Positions 9,517 through 19,470 of a DNA stretch of 64,000 nucleotides are shown one piece after another. The stretch is taken from IMG/VR virus record IMGVR_UViG_3300017593_001263; one strand, given 5' to 3'. The notes under the pieces are model-generated. The model was not told where the DNA came from. It saw only the letters and a list, made by a program, of their open reading frames with translations, and did no database searches. Every line of letters begins with the position of its first letter. Position 1 is the first letter of the stretch. Source of the stretch: an uncultured virus (IMG/VR IMGVR_UViG_3300017593_001263) (Duplodnaviria; Heunggongvirae; Uroviricota; Caudoviricetes). The translations under genes and the position numbers were made by a program.

Positions 9517-10014
9517 ATGCAACAGCAACTCGTGCAAGAGTTTGGTAGAAAAGTGTCAACAGTCAAGATAGAGCCAAACAATGAATTGAAGCTTCCAGCT
9601 GGGGAGTACTACATTTACAAAGGAAAGTGGATTCCAAAGCAGTTCGGTTGGTTTCTTGCATTGCTGTTTTTGATGGAGAAAGGTTTTAGGATTGTCAGCC
9701 ACTACAAATTCGGATTTAGGGAGGAAGTTAGGGAAGGGTTGGAGCTGTTCGATTATGATCCAGAGATGAAGGGGTTTGCACCGATAGTTCCGTATAAAGT
9801 TGAGGTTTACTATACTGTCAAAATAAAGAAGCCTAAGCCGATGAGCAAGTATACTGGGAAGTACTATGTAGTCAAGAAAGAGATTAAAGTTGTGGAGCTT
9901 GTTGATTCAGATAAGCTTGCTGATCCAAATCCGTTTGAGACGTTACAGCTTGTTGAGCTATACCTTGAAACAAAGTTAAGAAAAATGGGGGTGAGTATCG
10001 ATGGTCAGAAGTGA
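9517..10014 (+). CDS. hypothetical protein
   Basis: leaderless-type TTTATA about 28 nt upstream. Confidence 0.6.
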   Translation: MQQQLVQEFGRKVSTVKIEPNNELKLPAGEYYIYKGKWIPKQFGWFLALLFLMEKGFRIVSHYKFGFREEVREGLELFDYDPEMKGFAPIVPYKVEVYYTVKIKKPKPMSKYTGKYYVVKKEIKVVELVDSDKLADPNPFETLQLVELYLETKLRKMGVSIDGQK

Positions 10015-10234
10015 GGACATAGCAATAATAATACGAAAGATTAAGGAAGAAATGAGAGCCGCAAATGAAAAAGTCAAAGAGAATGAAAAAAAGAGTAGTA
10101 TATTCAGCCAGTTTGTGGGAGGTGTTTATGAGGGAAAAGTTATTGGTTTGCATAGAGCGTGCGAGATAATCAGAGACGAGCTAAAAGAATACTTCCCAGA
10201 ACTGCTCGAAAATGAAACTTGTGAAATTGAATGA
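10001..10234 (+). CDS. hypothetical protein
   Basis: GGGGTG RBS. Confidence 0.5.
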   Translation: MVRSEDIAIIIRKIKEEMRAANEKVKENEKKSSIFSQFVGGVYEGKVIGLHRACEIIRDELKEYFPELLENETCEIE

Positions 10235-10456
10235 TCATTGCTCAGTTAATGTCCACTTTCTCACCAGTTTGCGTCCTCGATATTCCTTAATCATCTTGAC
10301 TTTTCCTTCTCCAACCAAGTGCAGAAGTGCGTTGTAGATTGGCGGGGTGGTTCTGACCACTCCTTTTGCAGATAGCTCGTTGAATATCTGTATTGCTGAT
10401 AGCGGTTCTTTCTTCTCCTCAAGAACTTTTAATATGTGCATTGCTACACTTGTCAT
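10235..10456 (-). CDS. small winged-helix protein
   Basis: ILKVLEEKKEPLSAIQIFNEL..IYNALLHLVGEGKV. Confidence 0.7.
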   Translation of the reverse strand: MTSVAMHILKVLEEKKEPLSAIQIFNELSAKGVVRTTPPIYNALLHLVGEGKVKMIKEYRGRKLVRKWTLTEQ

Positions 10457-10492
10457 AAGATTTTATATAACACAGTAAATTTAAATACTTTA

Positions 10493-10837
10493 TTATATTT
10501 TGAACTTCGGAATATCGTGTAAAATCAGCTGCCATAGTTTGAATATCGCCTTCAAGTCCTCGTTGGACAAGTTGAACAGTCGCTGCATCACTATCAAAGA
10601 TTCGTTAAGACCTATCATCTTTCCTATCATCATCCCTCCGAGAATCAGATAGGATGGAGAGTTCGTCTCTTCATAGAGCTCCATGAGCCTTTCCACTATC
10701 TTTGGTATGTTCACTCGTATTCTTCCTTCCTCTACTTCGATGAGATCGACGACCTCTCTGAGAACACGTTCTGTTTCTTCTTCGGTCATGTTAAGAGGAG
10801 CTCCCATATTGATTGCGATGGTCTTTTCGTCATTCAT
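10493..10837 (-). CDS. hypothetical protein
   Basis: GGTGGTG RBS. Confidence 0.55.
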   Translation of the reverse strand: MNDEKTIAINMGAPLNMTEEETERVLREVVDLIEVEEGRIRVNIPKIVERLMELYEETNSPSYLILGGMMIGKMIGLNESLIVMQRLFNLSNEDLKAIFKLWQLILHDIPKFKI

Positions 10838-10935
10838 TCACACCACCAATTTTTGATTTTTGAATGGGGGTTTATATAAGTGTATGTATCATTTGATAGA
10901 AAGATTTAAATATCTTAATATTTAATTAATAGGCG

Positions 10936-11172
10936 GTGATGTGCATGGAGGTAGTTAAACCAGTACAAAAGGAAATTCTGAAGGTTCTAAAGAAAGAGGG
11001 CGTACCAATGACTGCATACCAAGTTGCTAAAAAGATAGGTGTGAGCTGGAGCACAGCACACTACCATTTAATGGAGCTAGCAGCAATGGGAAAGCTAATC
11101 AGAGAAGAAGAAACGAGATTCGGAATGAAAAAAGTGTTCTACAAGCTGAACCCTCAGTCATCTTCAAAGTAG
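10936..11172 (+). CDS. winged-helix transcriptional regulator
   Basis: ILKVLK..MTAYQVAKKIGVSWSTAHYHLMEL...GKL. Confidence 0.8.
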   Translation: MMCMEVVKPVQKEILKVLKKEGVPMTAYQVAKKIGVSWSTAHYHLMELAAMGKLIREEETRFGMKKVFYKLNPQSSSK

Positions 11173-11375
11173 ACATTGTAGTCCTTTGACATTCTTTCCA
11201 TCACGGATATCGTGTGCTGGTAAATGTCGTTGACCAAGTCGTTTATTAGCTCCATCACCTCCCTTCTCACTTCTCTATCAACGTCTTGCAGCACATCGCA
11301 TATCTTGTTCTTGTAGAACATCTTCAAGCCCTCTATGTTTCCGTTCAGCTCTCTTATGTATTTTTGCCTTGCCAT
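11154..11375 (-). CDS. hypothetical protein
   Basis: coupled to upstream wHTH. Confidence 0.5.
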   Translation of the reverse strand: MARQKYIRELNGNIEGLKMFYKNKICDVLQDVDREVRREVMELINDLVNDIYQHTISVMERMSKDYNVYFEDD

Positions 11376-11590
11376 CAGACCACCTCTACCACTTTGGTTC
11401 TTCCTTCGTCTACCATTTTTAGCTTACCCTCATAAACCAGCTCCACCACGTAAAGTCTCAATGTTGAGTAACCGAGCATTATGTCTTTCTTGTTCAGTTC
11501 TGTGTGGAGCTCGTATAAGTTCAATCTGCCGTGTTCTTTCAAGGTGTCGATTATGGCTTTTTTCAACTCTTCTTTATCCATCATAACCAC
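11375..11590 (-). CDS. small winged-helix protein
   Basis: IIDTLKEHGRLNLYEL..YSTLRLYVVELVYEGKL. Confidence 0.7.
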   Translation of the reverse strand: MVMMDKEELKKAIIDTLKEHGRLNLYELHTELNKKDIMLGYSTLRLYVVELVYEGKLKMVDEGRTKVVEVV

Positions 11591-11943
11591 CTCGCTTTCC
11601 TTCGCATAGCTATATTGACCAACTCAACAAACTGCTCTCTTTCAGAATCGAATAAGTATTTTATGACGTCATCAACATTCAGCTTGTTTTTAACATGTAT
11701 TTCCTCTTGTTCTTCATAACCAGCAACTTGCTTCATGCTCTCTATTATCTTCTCTTGAGTATCTCCAGCTTTGTTAATCACATCCTTTATTTTATCGAGC
11801 AGTTCATGAAAATTGATAGAATTATTTGCATACTCGCTTATTGCTGCTCGTATTCTTTTACCAGTATTCTCATAAAGCCTAGCCAAGTCCATCAGCAGTA
11901 TCAAAACATTGTCCATGAGCTCCTCATAATCTTCTATCGACAT
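11581..11943 (-). CDS. hypothetical helical protein
   Basis: 120-aa ORF heading a minus-strand operon. Confidence 0.55.
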   Translation of the reverse strand: MSIEDYEELMDNVLILLMDLARLYENTGKRIRAAISEYANNSINFHELLDKIKDVINKAGDTQEKIIESMKQVAGYEEQEEIHVKNKLNVDDVIKYLFDSEREQFVELVNIAMRRKARWL

Positions 11944-12034
11944 ATAAATAACCGACCAAAAATAAATTTATATATCTATCGTCGCCTTCATGTCAATTAA
12001 TATCAGTTGATATACAAATATGTTGGGTGATGGT

Positions 12035-14176
12035 ATGAGGAAAAGCACTATATTCGGGTTATTGCTGCTGGTTTTCTTAATAAATTCGGCATACGCTTGG
12101 CAGATGAGTCCATCTTCAGTTGAGTTGTCCGCTCTTCCTGGTGAGACCAAGAGTTTTGATATAGTATTCAGCAACACAGACAATTCCTCCATACCCATAA
12201 CTATCTCAAAAGGAGGTTATATAGCTGGGTGGATGACCGTAACGCCGTATGAGTTCGTTCTTAATCCAGGGGATCAAGCAAACCCAACTCAAAGAATCGT
12301 TTCAGTTACCATAAACATTCCTTCTACTGCTGAGGGAGATTACAACGGTCAGCTGATTATAGATGATAATTCTTCACTTAAGTACTTCAACATAACATTG
12401 CATGTTTCAAAGTGGGTGTTTTCTAAGAACATAACGGTTGACGCTTTCACGAAAGTTGTTATAACCAACCCAAACTTTCAATTCGAGATACATAATATTG
12501 GGGAGAGTGTGGAACTGTATGTTGGAACGACTAAATACGATTTATACCCAGATCAGCACTACGAGACCTCTGATGTTAAGGTTACCGTGCTTGACAGATG
12601 GGATGAGCAAGCAAAGCTCATGATACAGACCACCAGTACTGACTCTGAAATAACCACGGAAAAGCTTGAAGAGGAACAACAGCAGCTTGAAGGTGGGCTA
12701 GAGCCATTGGTTACCAAGTGGTCATTCAAAGTGCAAGAAGGAACAACCAAAAAGATGTACGTTTCTGTGCTGAACAACTACCCATACGAGTGCGAGCTGA
12801 AGGATTTGATAATGATTGGAGATGTTATAGAGACTTCTGAAGGAAGAAAACCACTTGATTTTGGAGAAGTCAGCTTGGGTAAACTAGCTGCTGGAGAGGA
12901 GTTCGTGTATCCAGTTGAGGTGAACACTCACGATGTCGAGCTCGGAACTTACACAATAAGAACGCAGCTCATAGCGATCTGCAACGGTAAGAGAGAAGTG
13001 GCGGAGACGGTGTGGGAGATAACTGTGGTTTCTTCTGTAAAGCCAGAAGCGAAGAGTCAAGAGCTCAGCATAAGCTATCCCAAATCAGTAAAGGTGGGCG
13101 ATGAATTCAAGATAAGCGTAACTAACATCCCTGCTGGGTGGAACGTTTACTTGATAGAGCAAGCTGGAATGAACAAGACAAGCGTAACAAGGACGGAAGA
13201 CAAGTTCGAATGGGTTGGAAAGTTCGATAAAGAGGGAACTTACACCATCCCACTATGGATATTCAAGGATGACGGAAGCGTGCAGATAAAGAACTTGCAG
13301 ATTTCAGTCAGCAAGACTTCCGCAAGCAGCAATCAGCAGAAGAACAGCAAACTTTTGATAGACATAGTGCCAAGTCCACCGAAACCAAATGATGAAATCA
13401 CAGTAACCGTAAAAGACGCAAAAACCTTGCAGCCAGTAGAAGCAACGATACAAGTGGATGTGTACGAAGGAGACAGAAAGGTAAATACGTTCACCTATGC
13501 TGGCAAGTTCGAGGTTGAAGCCGATAAGAGGTACTGTATAATAGCTAGTGCGGAAGGTTACGATCAAGAGAAGGTTTGCTTTGATGTGAAGCCAGCAATC
13601 GCAAGGTTAATATTACCCAGCACGGTCTATGTCGGAGATGAAATAACGATAAAGTATGTAGATGAGAACAACGAGCCCATAGAAGGAGCTATAATTAAGA
13701 TAAACGGTGAGGAATACCACGATGCCGTTGTCAACATAACGGTTGAGAATGAAGAATACACCATAGAGGCTTACGCACAAGGGTACGAAAAGAAGACCGC
13801 AAGCTTCAAACCAAAAGTGAAAATAGAAGAACTGAACAGCACTATGCCAAAATATACTGGTGAGGCATTGAACATAACCTTCAACACGGATGTCAGCTGG
13901 AAGATAATGTATGGTGATGAAGAGGTCGCATCTGGAACTGGGAGAGTTGTGAGTTATGTTCCACAAAAAGCAGGAATCTACGATGTTTACGTTAATGGTC
14001 AGTACTACACGAGCTTTGCTGTTGAGCAGAAGAAGTACAATATGAAAATGGTGGCATTGATAGTAGTCATCATAGGAGCTCTTGCGTACTACATGAAGAA
14101 GCCAAGAACTCCGAAGGGAAGGAGGGCTGGTTACATAACTCACGTTCCAAAAGGTTCGGTTGAGGTCGAGAAATAA
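12035..14176 (+). CDS. secreted beta-rich (Ig-like) protein with C-terminal membrane anchor
   Basis: signal peptide MRKSTIFGLLLLVFLINSAYA; C-terminal TM followed by basic tail. Confidence 0.75.
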   Translation: MRKSTIFGLLLLVFLINSAYAWQMSPSSVELSALPGETKSFDIVFSNTDNSSIPITISKGGYIAGWMTVTPYEFVLNPGDQANPTQRIVSVTINIPSTAEGDYNGQLIIDDNSSLKYFNITLHVSKWVFSKNITVDAFTKVVITNPNFQFEIHNIGESVELYVGTTKYDLYPDQHYETSDVKVTVLDRWDEQAKLMIQTTSTDSEITTEKLEEEQQQLEGGLEPLVTKWSFKVQEGTTKKMYVSVLNNYPYECELKDLIMIGDVIETSEGRKPLDFGEVSLGKLAAGEEFVYPVEVNTHDVELGTYTIRTQLIAICNGKREVAETVWEITVVSSVKPEAKSQELSISYPKSVKVGDEFKISVTNIPAGWNVYLIEQAGMNKTSVTRTEDKFEWVGKFDKEGTYTIPLWIFKDDGSVQIKNLQISVSKTSASSNQQKNSKLLIDIVPSPPKPNDEITVTVKDAKTLQPVEATIQVDVYEGDRKVNTFTYAGKFEVEADKRYCIIASAEGYDQEKVCFDVKPAIARLILPSTVYVGDEITIKYVDENNEPIEGAIIKINGEEYHDAVVNITVENEEYTIEAYAQGYEKKTASFKPKVKIEELNSTMPKYTGEALNITFNTDVSWKIMYGDEEVASGTGRVVSYVPQKAGIYDVYVNGQYYTSFAVEQKKYNMKMVALIVVIIGALAYYMKKPRTPKGRRAGYITHVPKGSVEVEK

Positions 14177-14192
14177 CAGAAGGGTGTGCGGC

Positions 14193-15002
14193 ATGAATGT
14201 GCTGGATAAATTAAAGCAAAAAATAAGCGGAATGTTTCAGAAAGTTGTCGAGGAATACTATGTTTCGGTTGAACCAGATAAATTCGAGAGGGTAGAAAAA
14301 GCAATAAGGGACGAGAATGCAGAGTTGTGGGCCAAAGTAATGAAACTTGAGAAAGAGAACCAGCAGCTCAAAAAAATAATAAGCGAGCTTAAAAAAGAAG
14401 TTGAAGAGGAGTTTGAGCAAGAGCTGATGAGTCAAGAACAATACTTGAAGGAAATAATAAAACAGAAGAGCTTCCGTATTTATTTCAGAACGAGAACGCC
14501 CATACGGATTATAAGTGTGGTTACAAACAAACCGTTTAAAGACAAGATGGCTGGTGAGGACTATCCATACTTACGTGGTTTGGAGTTCGTGGATACTCCA
14601 AAAGGTGTGATGGTGTATGCACTATTGGCAAAATCTCCGAAGCCGCCTCAATTCGGAAAAGAAGTGATAGGAAAACTCTCACTTGGATACTATCCGTCAG
14701 CTTTAACGCTGATACACGATATGGATAACTTAGTAACAAATCTGAAGCGTGGCGTTATTCAGCTGAACATGGACGAATACGGCAGACCAATCTACACAGA
14801 TTGGGACGGTAAAATTAGAGTTATGATACCAGAACATTTGGTTGATCTTGTTGAAGGTGATATGCCAGATGGAGAGCTCGAAAAGAGTGTCGAAGGGGGA
14901 AGTGGAGAGGAGAGTGAGGAAGAACTTGAACAGGATGCTGGAGATAGACCTAAGGTATCTCGCAAGGGTAGAAAGCAAAGAAACTCTAATGCTAATAATT
15001 AA
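14193..15002 (+). CDS. hypothetical protein with N-terminal coiled coil
   Basis: heptad K/E region; GGGTG RBS. Confidence 0.65.
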   Translation: MNVLDKLKQKISGMFQKVVEEYYVSVEPDKFERVEKAIRDENAELWAKVMKLEKENQQLKKIISELKKEVEEEFEQELMSQEQYLKEIIKQKSFRIYFRTRTPIRIISVVTNKPFKDKMAGEDYPYLRGLEFVDTPKGVMVYALLAKSPKPPQFGKEVIGKLSLGYYPSALTLIHDMDNLVTNLKRGVIQLNMDEYGRPIYTDWDGKIRVMIPEHLVDLVEGDMPDGELEKSVEGGSGEESEEELEQDAGDRPKVSRKGRKQRNSNANN

Positions 15003-15429
15003 CCTTCAAGAACAGATAGCAAGGTTAAGAACAGAGCTTGAACATGCGTTAATGTCAGAGAAGGAAGCGATAGCTGAAAAAATGGAGTACGAATTGAGAC
15101 TTACACAACTACAGAATATGGTCGATAGATTAACAGCAATAAATGAAGACTTACAAAGGAGACTTGATGAAGCTTACGATCACTTGAAGAAGTTGAAGAC
15201 TGATGAGATGGTGGCAAGAATGAAGCAAGTTATTGCTGAGCAGTACTCAAATGCGATGCGTATTGCTCTAGACCACATACTGTCAAGAGTTCCAAAGATA
15301 GGGATAGAGGAGAGGCAGATGATAATGGATGAAATAGACAGGATGACCAACAAAGTGTTCCAGCAGATAGCAAACACCATGAGCCTTGCAAAGATTATGG
15401 AAACGAAGGGAGAGGCTGGTGGTGAGTGA
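14869..15429 (+). CDS. coiled-coil protein
   Basis: long heptad helix; AGGTGA RBS; overlaps previous ORF. Confidence 0.6.
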   Translation: MESSKRVSKGEVERRVRKNLNRMLEIDLRYLARVESKETLMLIINLQEQIARLRTELEHALMSEKEAIAEKMEYELRLTQLQNMVDRLTAINEDLQRRLDEAYDHLKKLKTDEMVARMKQVIAEQYSNAMRIALDHILSRVPKIGIEERQMIMDEIDRMTNKVFQQIANTMSLAKIMETKGEAGGE

Positions 15430-16025
15430 TGATTATGGATCATAGCATGTTCAAGGAGTTCAGAAAGGAGCTTGGGCTTTTTGACAGCAAGATAGATTTT
15501 CAATGGACTGAGCTAATATTCAAGTTGCCACAGCCGTTGAGCAACATAGCGAAAGCTTGCAGGGATGTTGAAGACTCGATAATAGGAATAAAATCGGCAA
15601 TATCGGCAGGTGTTTATCCGCCATTAGATTACTTCAGAAAGATGTACTCATCCGTATACGCTATAATAAGGTACATAGTGGGGATAGCTAATGAGAAGTT
15701 CGAAGACAGAGAGCGGAGAAAGGTGCTGGACGAATATGCAGAGATATTGAAGAAGATGGAGGAAGTTGAGTTCGAAATTAACAAAATATACCACTCAAAG
15801 AAAGATCCAGAATTAATACTGCCACACCTATCAATATTTTCCGACTTCGTTGATGGTCAGATAAAACCTTTATTTGCAATGGCTATAAAGAATATGAATG
15901 AAGAGTTGATAAACAAATTCGCAAATGAAATACTGTATCAATCAGGTATAAGAAAGAGACCAGAGGAAGAAGAGGAGGATGAAGACAAGAAAATATTCGA
16001 GGATATTGAGGAGGAGGGTGAATAA
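15426..16025 (+). CDS. hypothetical helical protein with acidic tail
   Basis: coupled ORF. Confidence 0.6.
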   Translation: MMIMDHSMFKEFRKELGLFDSKIDFQWTELIFKLPQPLSNIAKACRDVEDSIIGIKSAISAGVYPPLDYFRKMYSSVYAIIRYIVGIANEKFEDRERRKVLDEYAEILKKMEEVEFEINKIYHSKKDPELILPHLSIFSDFVDGQIKPLFAMAIKNMNEELINKFANEILYQSGIRKRPEEEEEDEDKKIFEDIEEEGE

Positions 16026-16027
16026 TA

Positions 16028-16294
16028 ATGAGCATGTTTGTTGTTATCGATTACTCCGATAAAGCGAAGAGGTTTTGTGCATCTGGACTTGGAAACTTGA
16101 GGATGTACTATTATGTTGTTGATGGAAACGAAAAGCACCTTGTCAGAGTGGAGTTTTATAGTGAGGCTAGACTAAAAGAGCTTTACGAGAACGGAATACC
16201 AGTTATAGATATGTCGAGAAGGTCATTCATAGCAAGCTGCATGCAGCCACCGAGAGACATGGTGTTGTTGTCAAGGGCTAGGTGGTTTAGATGA
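16028..16294 (+). CDS. hypothetical protein
   Basis: GGGTGA RBS. Confidence 0.55.
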   Translation: MSMFVVIDYSDKAKRFCASGLGNLRMYYYVVDGNEKHLVRVEFYSEARLKELYENGIPVIDMSRRSFIASCMQPPRDMVLLSRARWFR

Positions 16295-16581
16295 GGATAA
16301 CGAGAGGATTCATGGTTATAAGTGACTTTTGTCCGTACTGTTCGCAAGTAGCTTTAGCTATAAACGAGTACAATTTATCTGCTGATCCATCTGAGTGGAT
16401 AGACATCATAGATAAAGAGACTTTTGATAGCAGACTTGAATTTTTGAAAGAAGTTCTGCAAAGCAGAAGTATTCCGACTCCAACAGGCATTATCGATGAT
16501 TTTTTGGTTAATTACATAAGGGAATATAATCACTTTTTAAAAATACTCAAACGAAGCAAATGTGAGCTACCCCGTCGCTAA
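16291..16581 (+). CDS. glutaredoxin/thioredoxin-fold protein (3' end supplied by IS end)
   Basis: CPYC motif, cis-Pro-like IPTP; last codons lie inside the TnpB right end. Confidence 0.55.
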   Translation: MRITRGFMVISDFCPYCSQVALAINEYNLSADPSEWIDIIDKETFDSRLEFLKEVLQSRSIPTPTGIIDDFLVNYIREYNHFLKILKRSKCELPRR

Positions 16582-17738
16582 TGTAGGGGCTTCTTGCTTC
16601 ATTGAGAAGACTTGCCCCTCGATTACCGATTGAGCGGTAACGAAGAGTAGAGGTCTTCTCTCCACAAGCTCAAAGGGCCGCCCCAGCCCCGATGATAAGA
16701 TTCTGCAAGCGGAAATATAATCTCTGTATGGGTCATCAAAACTTAATCCTTTCGATGTGCCCTTTGGATTTACTTTGATAACTCTCCTACCAGCTCTCTC
16801 AGCCTTGTAGGAGAGCATCTGGATGAATTTTCTCCATGAAGCATCAAGTATAAGTCGTGCTAATGTACTGTTACTATTTCTAACCATATTTTGAATATTC
16901 AAGTCTTCAACAACGATAATATCGTAGTTATTCACATAAAATCTCGACAGTTTGTGAAGGAAATCATCCCTCTGGTTTTTCAACTTTTCGTAAGCTTTGG
17001 CAAGTTTCCTTCTTGCTTTTTCATGGTTGTTAGAACCCTTCTGCTTCCTAGATAGCTCTTTATGGAGTTTCCTTATTCGCTTCAAGGTTTTTTCATAGTA
17101 CTTCGGGTTCTCAATCTGCCTCCCATCCGAATCTGTTAAGAAATACCTAACACCAACATCTATGCCTACCACCCTATTTGTTTTAGGTAGTGGTTGTTTT
17201 TCTTCTTCGACTTGAAATATCGCATACCACTTTCCAGATTTCTCACGCTTGATGATGACTCCTTTTACCTTTCCGTTTATCTTGCGGTGAAGTTTTATCG
17301 GAATTGCACCTATTTTTGAGAGATGGAGTTTGTTGCCAACTATCTTGAATCCAGATTGGTTGTAATTCAGAGTTTTGAATGAGTTTGGCGAGGTTTTATA
17401 CCTTAATTTGCCAACTTTTTTGCCGTTCTTTTTCAGTTCAGCGAGAGTTTTTATATTACTCCATAGCTGTTGGTTTACCATCTGTAAAACTTTCGAATAC
17501 ACTTGTTTTAGTTCTGGATGTTCTTCTTTCAGCTTTGGGATTAGAATTTGAGTATCCATCCAAGTCATCCTTTTGCCATCCATGCGTGCTTTATTCACTT
17601 CTTCAAGAAGTCTGTTATAAAGCCATCTGCAAATTTCCATGTGTTCGATTAGTTTTAATTCTGTGGTTTTTGACGGGCATATGCGGAATCGATAAGATAA
17701 CATATAAATAATTATCTACGGAAGATTCTTATGTATTT
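16562..17738 (-). mobile_element. IS200/IS605-family solo-TnpB element (IS1341-like), copy 1
   Basis: right-end hairpin GCCCCTACATTAGCGACGGGGTAGCTCAC; similarity to copy 2 extends about 35 nt upstream of ATG; no tnpA; left end approximate. Confidence 0.8.
16567..17703 (-). CDS. tnpB: TnpB RNA-guided nuclease
   Basis: N-terminal YRFRI.P, RuvC I GIDVG, RuvC II VVEDL, RuvC III RDYISA. Confidence 0.93.
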   Translation of the reverse strand: MLSYRFRICPSKTTELKLIEHMEICRWLYNRLLEEVNKARMDGKRMTWMDTQILIPKLKEEHPELKQVYSKVLQMVNQQLWSNIKTLAELKKNGKKVGKLRYKTSPNSFKTLNYNQSGFKIVGNKLHLSKIGAIPIKLHRKINGKVKGVIIKREKSGKWYAIFQVEEEKQPLPKTNRVVGIDVGVRYFLTDSDGRQIENPKYYEKTLKRIRKLHKELSRKQKGSNNHEKARRKLAKAYEKLKNQRDDFLHKLSRFYVNNYDIIVVEDLNIQNMVRNSNSTLARLILDASWRKFIQMLSYKAERAGRRVIKVNPKGTSKGLSFDDPYRDYISACRILSSGLGRPFELVERRPLLFVTAQSVIEGQVFSMKQEAPTLATG

Positions 17739-17780
17739 CAATTGATATACAAAATGATGTGCACAGTATGGTGATGTATT

Positions 17781-18020
17781 ATGGGGTTGCTAAAAAAGAA
17801 GGAGGTCAGGTTCGAACCAAACTGCGAGTTTGATGAAAATGCGGGGGTTTACATCTGTGAGCCAGTAATGGAAGTTGATGGAAAAGTGATCTCAGCAAAA
17901 CAACCAGTAGAAATAAGGTTCGATAAAACTACTGGTAAATTCTATCCAGTAAAGGCAAAGGGGATAGATGAAAAGCTGTTGAGCAGGTTGCTGGATCACT
18001 TTGAGAAGAACAAGATATGA
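17781..18020 (+). CDS. hypothetical protein
   Basis: GGTGA RBS. Confidence 0.6.
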   Translation: MGLLKKKEVRFEPNCEFDENAGVYICEPVMEVDGKVISAKQPVEIRFDKTTGKFYPVKAKGIDEKLLSRLLDHFEKNKI

Positions 18021-18072
18021 TGGTGGTAAGCAATGCTTAGGAACTTGATTAGAAAGCTTGGAGGTTGTGAAG

Positions 18073-18624
18073 ATGACGAAGAAGCAGGAGTGTCAAAACT
18101 GTTCAAGAAAGAGCCGTGCTGATGAGGAACTTCGTATTCATCCAGCAGATGTCGGAAAGATGGTAGATTTGTTTTGGGCAGTCGCAGATATATACAATGT
18201 TGAGAAGCATTTAGAATTCAGCTTAATGAAGATCAGAAAAGAAGGGTACGGAGACAAGAAAGACAAAAAGCTGGAGGAAGCAATAGAAGTACTGCTAAAC
18301 AAAGTTAGGATTATTAGGGCCGCACTTCTGAAAAAGCTACTTGGTGAAATGAAGATACCTTACGATGTTTGGTGTCCATTTAAGCATCTAACTGGAGCGA
18401 CAATGCAGATAATGGAAGTTGCGACACGTGATATTTATAAGGGTGATTTGGAGTCTGGTAAGGAGTATGCTGGCTTGGCTTACGATACTTGGAACGTTTT
18501 CTGGGAGCTCTACTATTTAATAAAGTTCTATAACGAAAATGAAGATGAGTTTTATAAAGCGGTTGAGGTGCTCGTAAATGGTGTCGAAGAAGAAGCTGGA
18601 GGAACTGAAAAAGAAGGAGATTAA
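18073..18624 (+). CDS. hypothetical helical protein
   Basis: GGAGG RBS; CQNC and WCPFKH motifs. Confidence 0.6.
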   Translation: MTKKQECQNCSRKSRADEELRIHPADVGKMVDLFWAVADIYNVEKHLEFSLMKIRKEGYGDKKDKKLEEAIEVLLNKVRIIRAALLKKLLGEMKIPYDVWCPFKHLTGATMQIMEVATRDIYKGDLESGKEYAGLAYDTWNVFWELYYLIKFYNENEDEFYKAVEVLVNGVEEEAGGTEKEGD

Positions 18625-18940
18625 GTTCGACGTGGAAGGCATGGAGATTAAATTCGATAACTTCACTTTAGATCACGATGGAATCGTTAATGTTGTACTA
18701 AAGCTTGATGCCGTTGGGGAAGCTGAATCAATACTGAAATCAATACAAGAGATGCAGAAGATTATAAATGATTTAGGCTATGATGTGTACAACTCGAAGT
18801 GGGAGGTTACCATAAGATTCAAAGACATTGTTGAAGATGATGAAGGATACATAATACTCAATACTAAAGATTATAAAAAGTTTAAAGAATGGATGGCGAT
18901 GCAAGATGGAGGAGAAAAAGATTCCGACCAAGGTCGGTGA
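18578..18940 (+). CDS. hypothetical protein
   Basis: GAGGTG RBS. Confidence 0.55.
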   Translation: MVSKKKLEELKKKEIKFDVEGMEIKFDNFTLDHDGIVNVVLKLDAVGEAESILKSIQEMQKIINDLGYDVYNSKWEVTIRFKDIVEDDEGYIILNTKDYKKFKEWMAMQDGGEKDSDQGR

Positions 18941-19112
18941 GTGTGAGAAGTTCAAGAATGGAATAGAGATGTGCAGAATAAGCGATGAGGACTTCGTCAT
19001 CAAGAAGGATGGAAAGGTGATAATGAGCGTAAACACAAAGCAAGTCTCCGATACGGAATTCATCTCTAAAATAAAAGTTGCCAATGAGGTGCTGAAGGAT
19101 GATAAGGATTAA
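18906..19112 (+). CDS. hypothetical protein
   Basis: coupled ORF. Confidence 0.5.
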   Translation: MEEKKIPTKVGECEKFKNGIEMCRISDEDFVIKKDGKVIMSVNTKQVSDTEFISKIKVANEVLKDDKD

Positions 19113-19470
19113 AAGATTGTTCGGAAAGCTGTTCATCTACGACTACAATGGGCTAGAGTACGACAAACTATACGTTGTGGCATTAATAGGAGTGATTTGG
19201 GGAATTCTATCCCTATCATTAAACTTCAACAAGCCAATACCGTTACCACCAGAGTTCAGAGCACATAAGAGTATAGCGATGTGGTCTTGCTTGCCAACCA
19301 AGATTTCAGCGTACATCATAGCATTGTTCTTCGACTTGTTCCAGTTCATATTCTGGCACACACCGATAAAGCTGAACACCTACCTTGCGATAGCAATGTT
19401 TGTAGTGCTCAGCATGGTGCTTGGAGGAAAGATGCTTACGTTTGTTGCTAAGAAGATAGGTATTAAATGA
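19099..19470 (+). CDS. membrane protein (about 3 TM)
   Basis: hydrophobic segments. Confidence 0.6.
   Translation: MIRIKRLFGKLFIYDYNGLEYDKLYVVALIGVIWGILSLSLNFNKPIPLPPEFRAHKSIAMWSCLPTKISAYIIALFFDLFQFIFWHTPIKLNTYLAIAMFVVLSMVLGGKMLTFVAKKIGIK

Noticed and set aside
13613..14194. 193-aa minus-strand ORF and similar antisense ORFs in the track
   Set aside because: Shadows of well-supported opposite-strand genes, with no motifs or RBS.
14869..15002. Programmed frameshift joining the two coiled-coil ORFs
   Set aside because: The downstream ORF has its own AGGTGA RBS and I saw no convincing slippery site.
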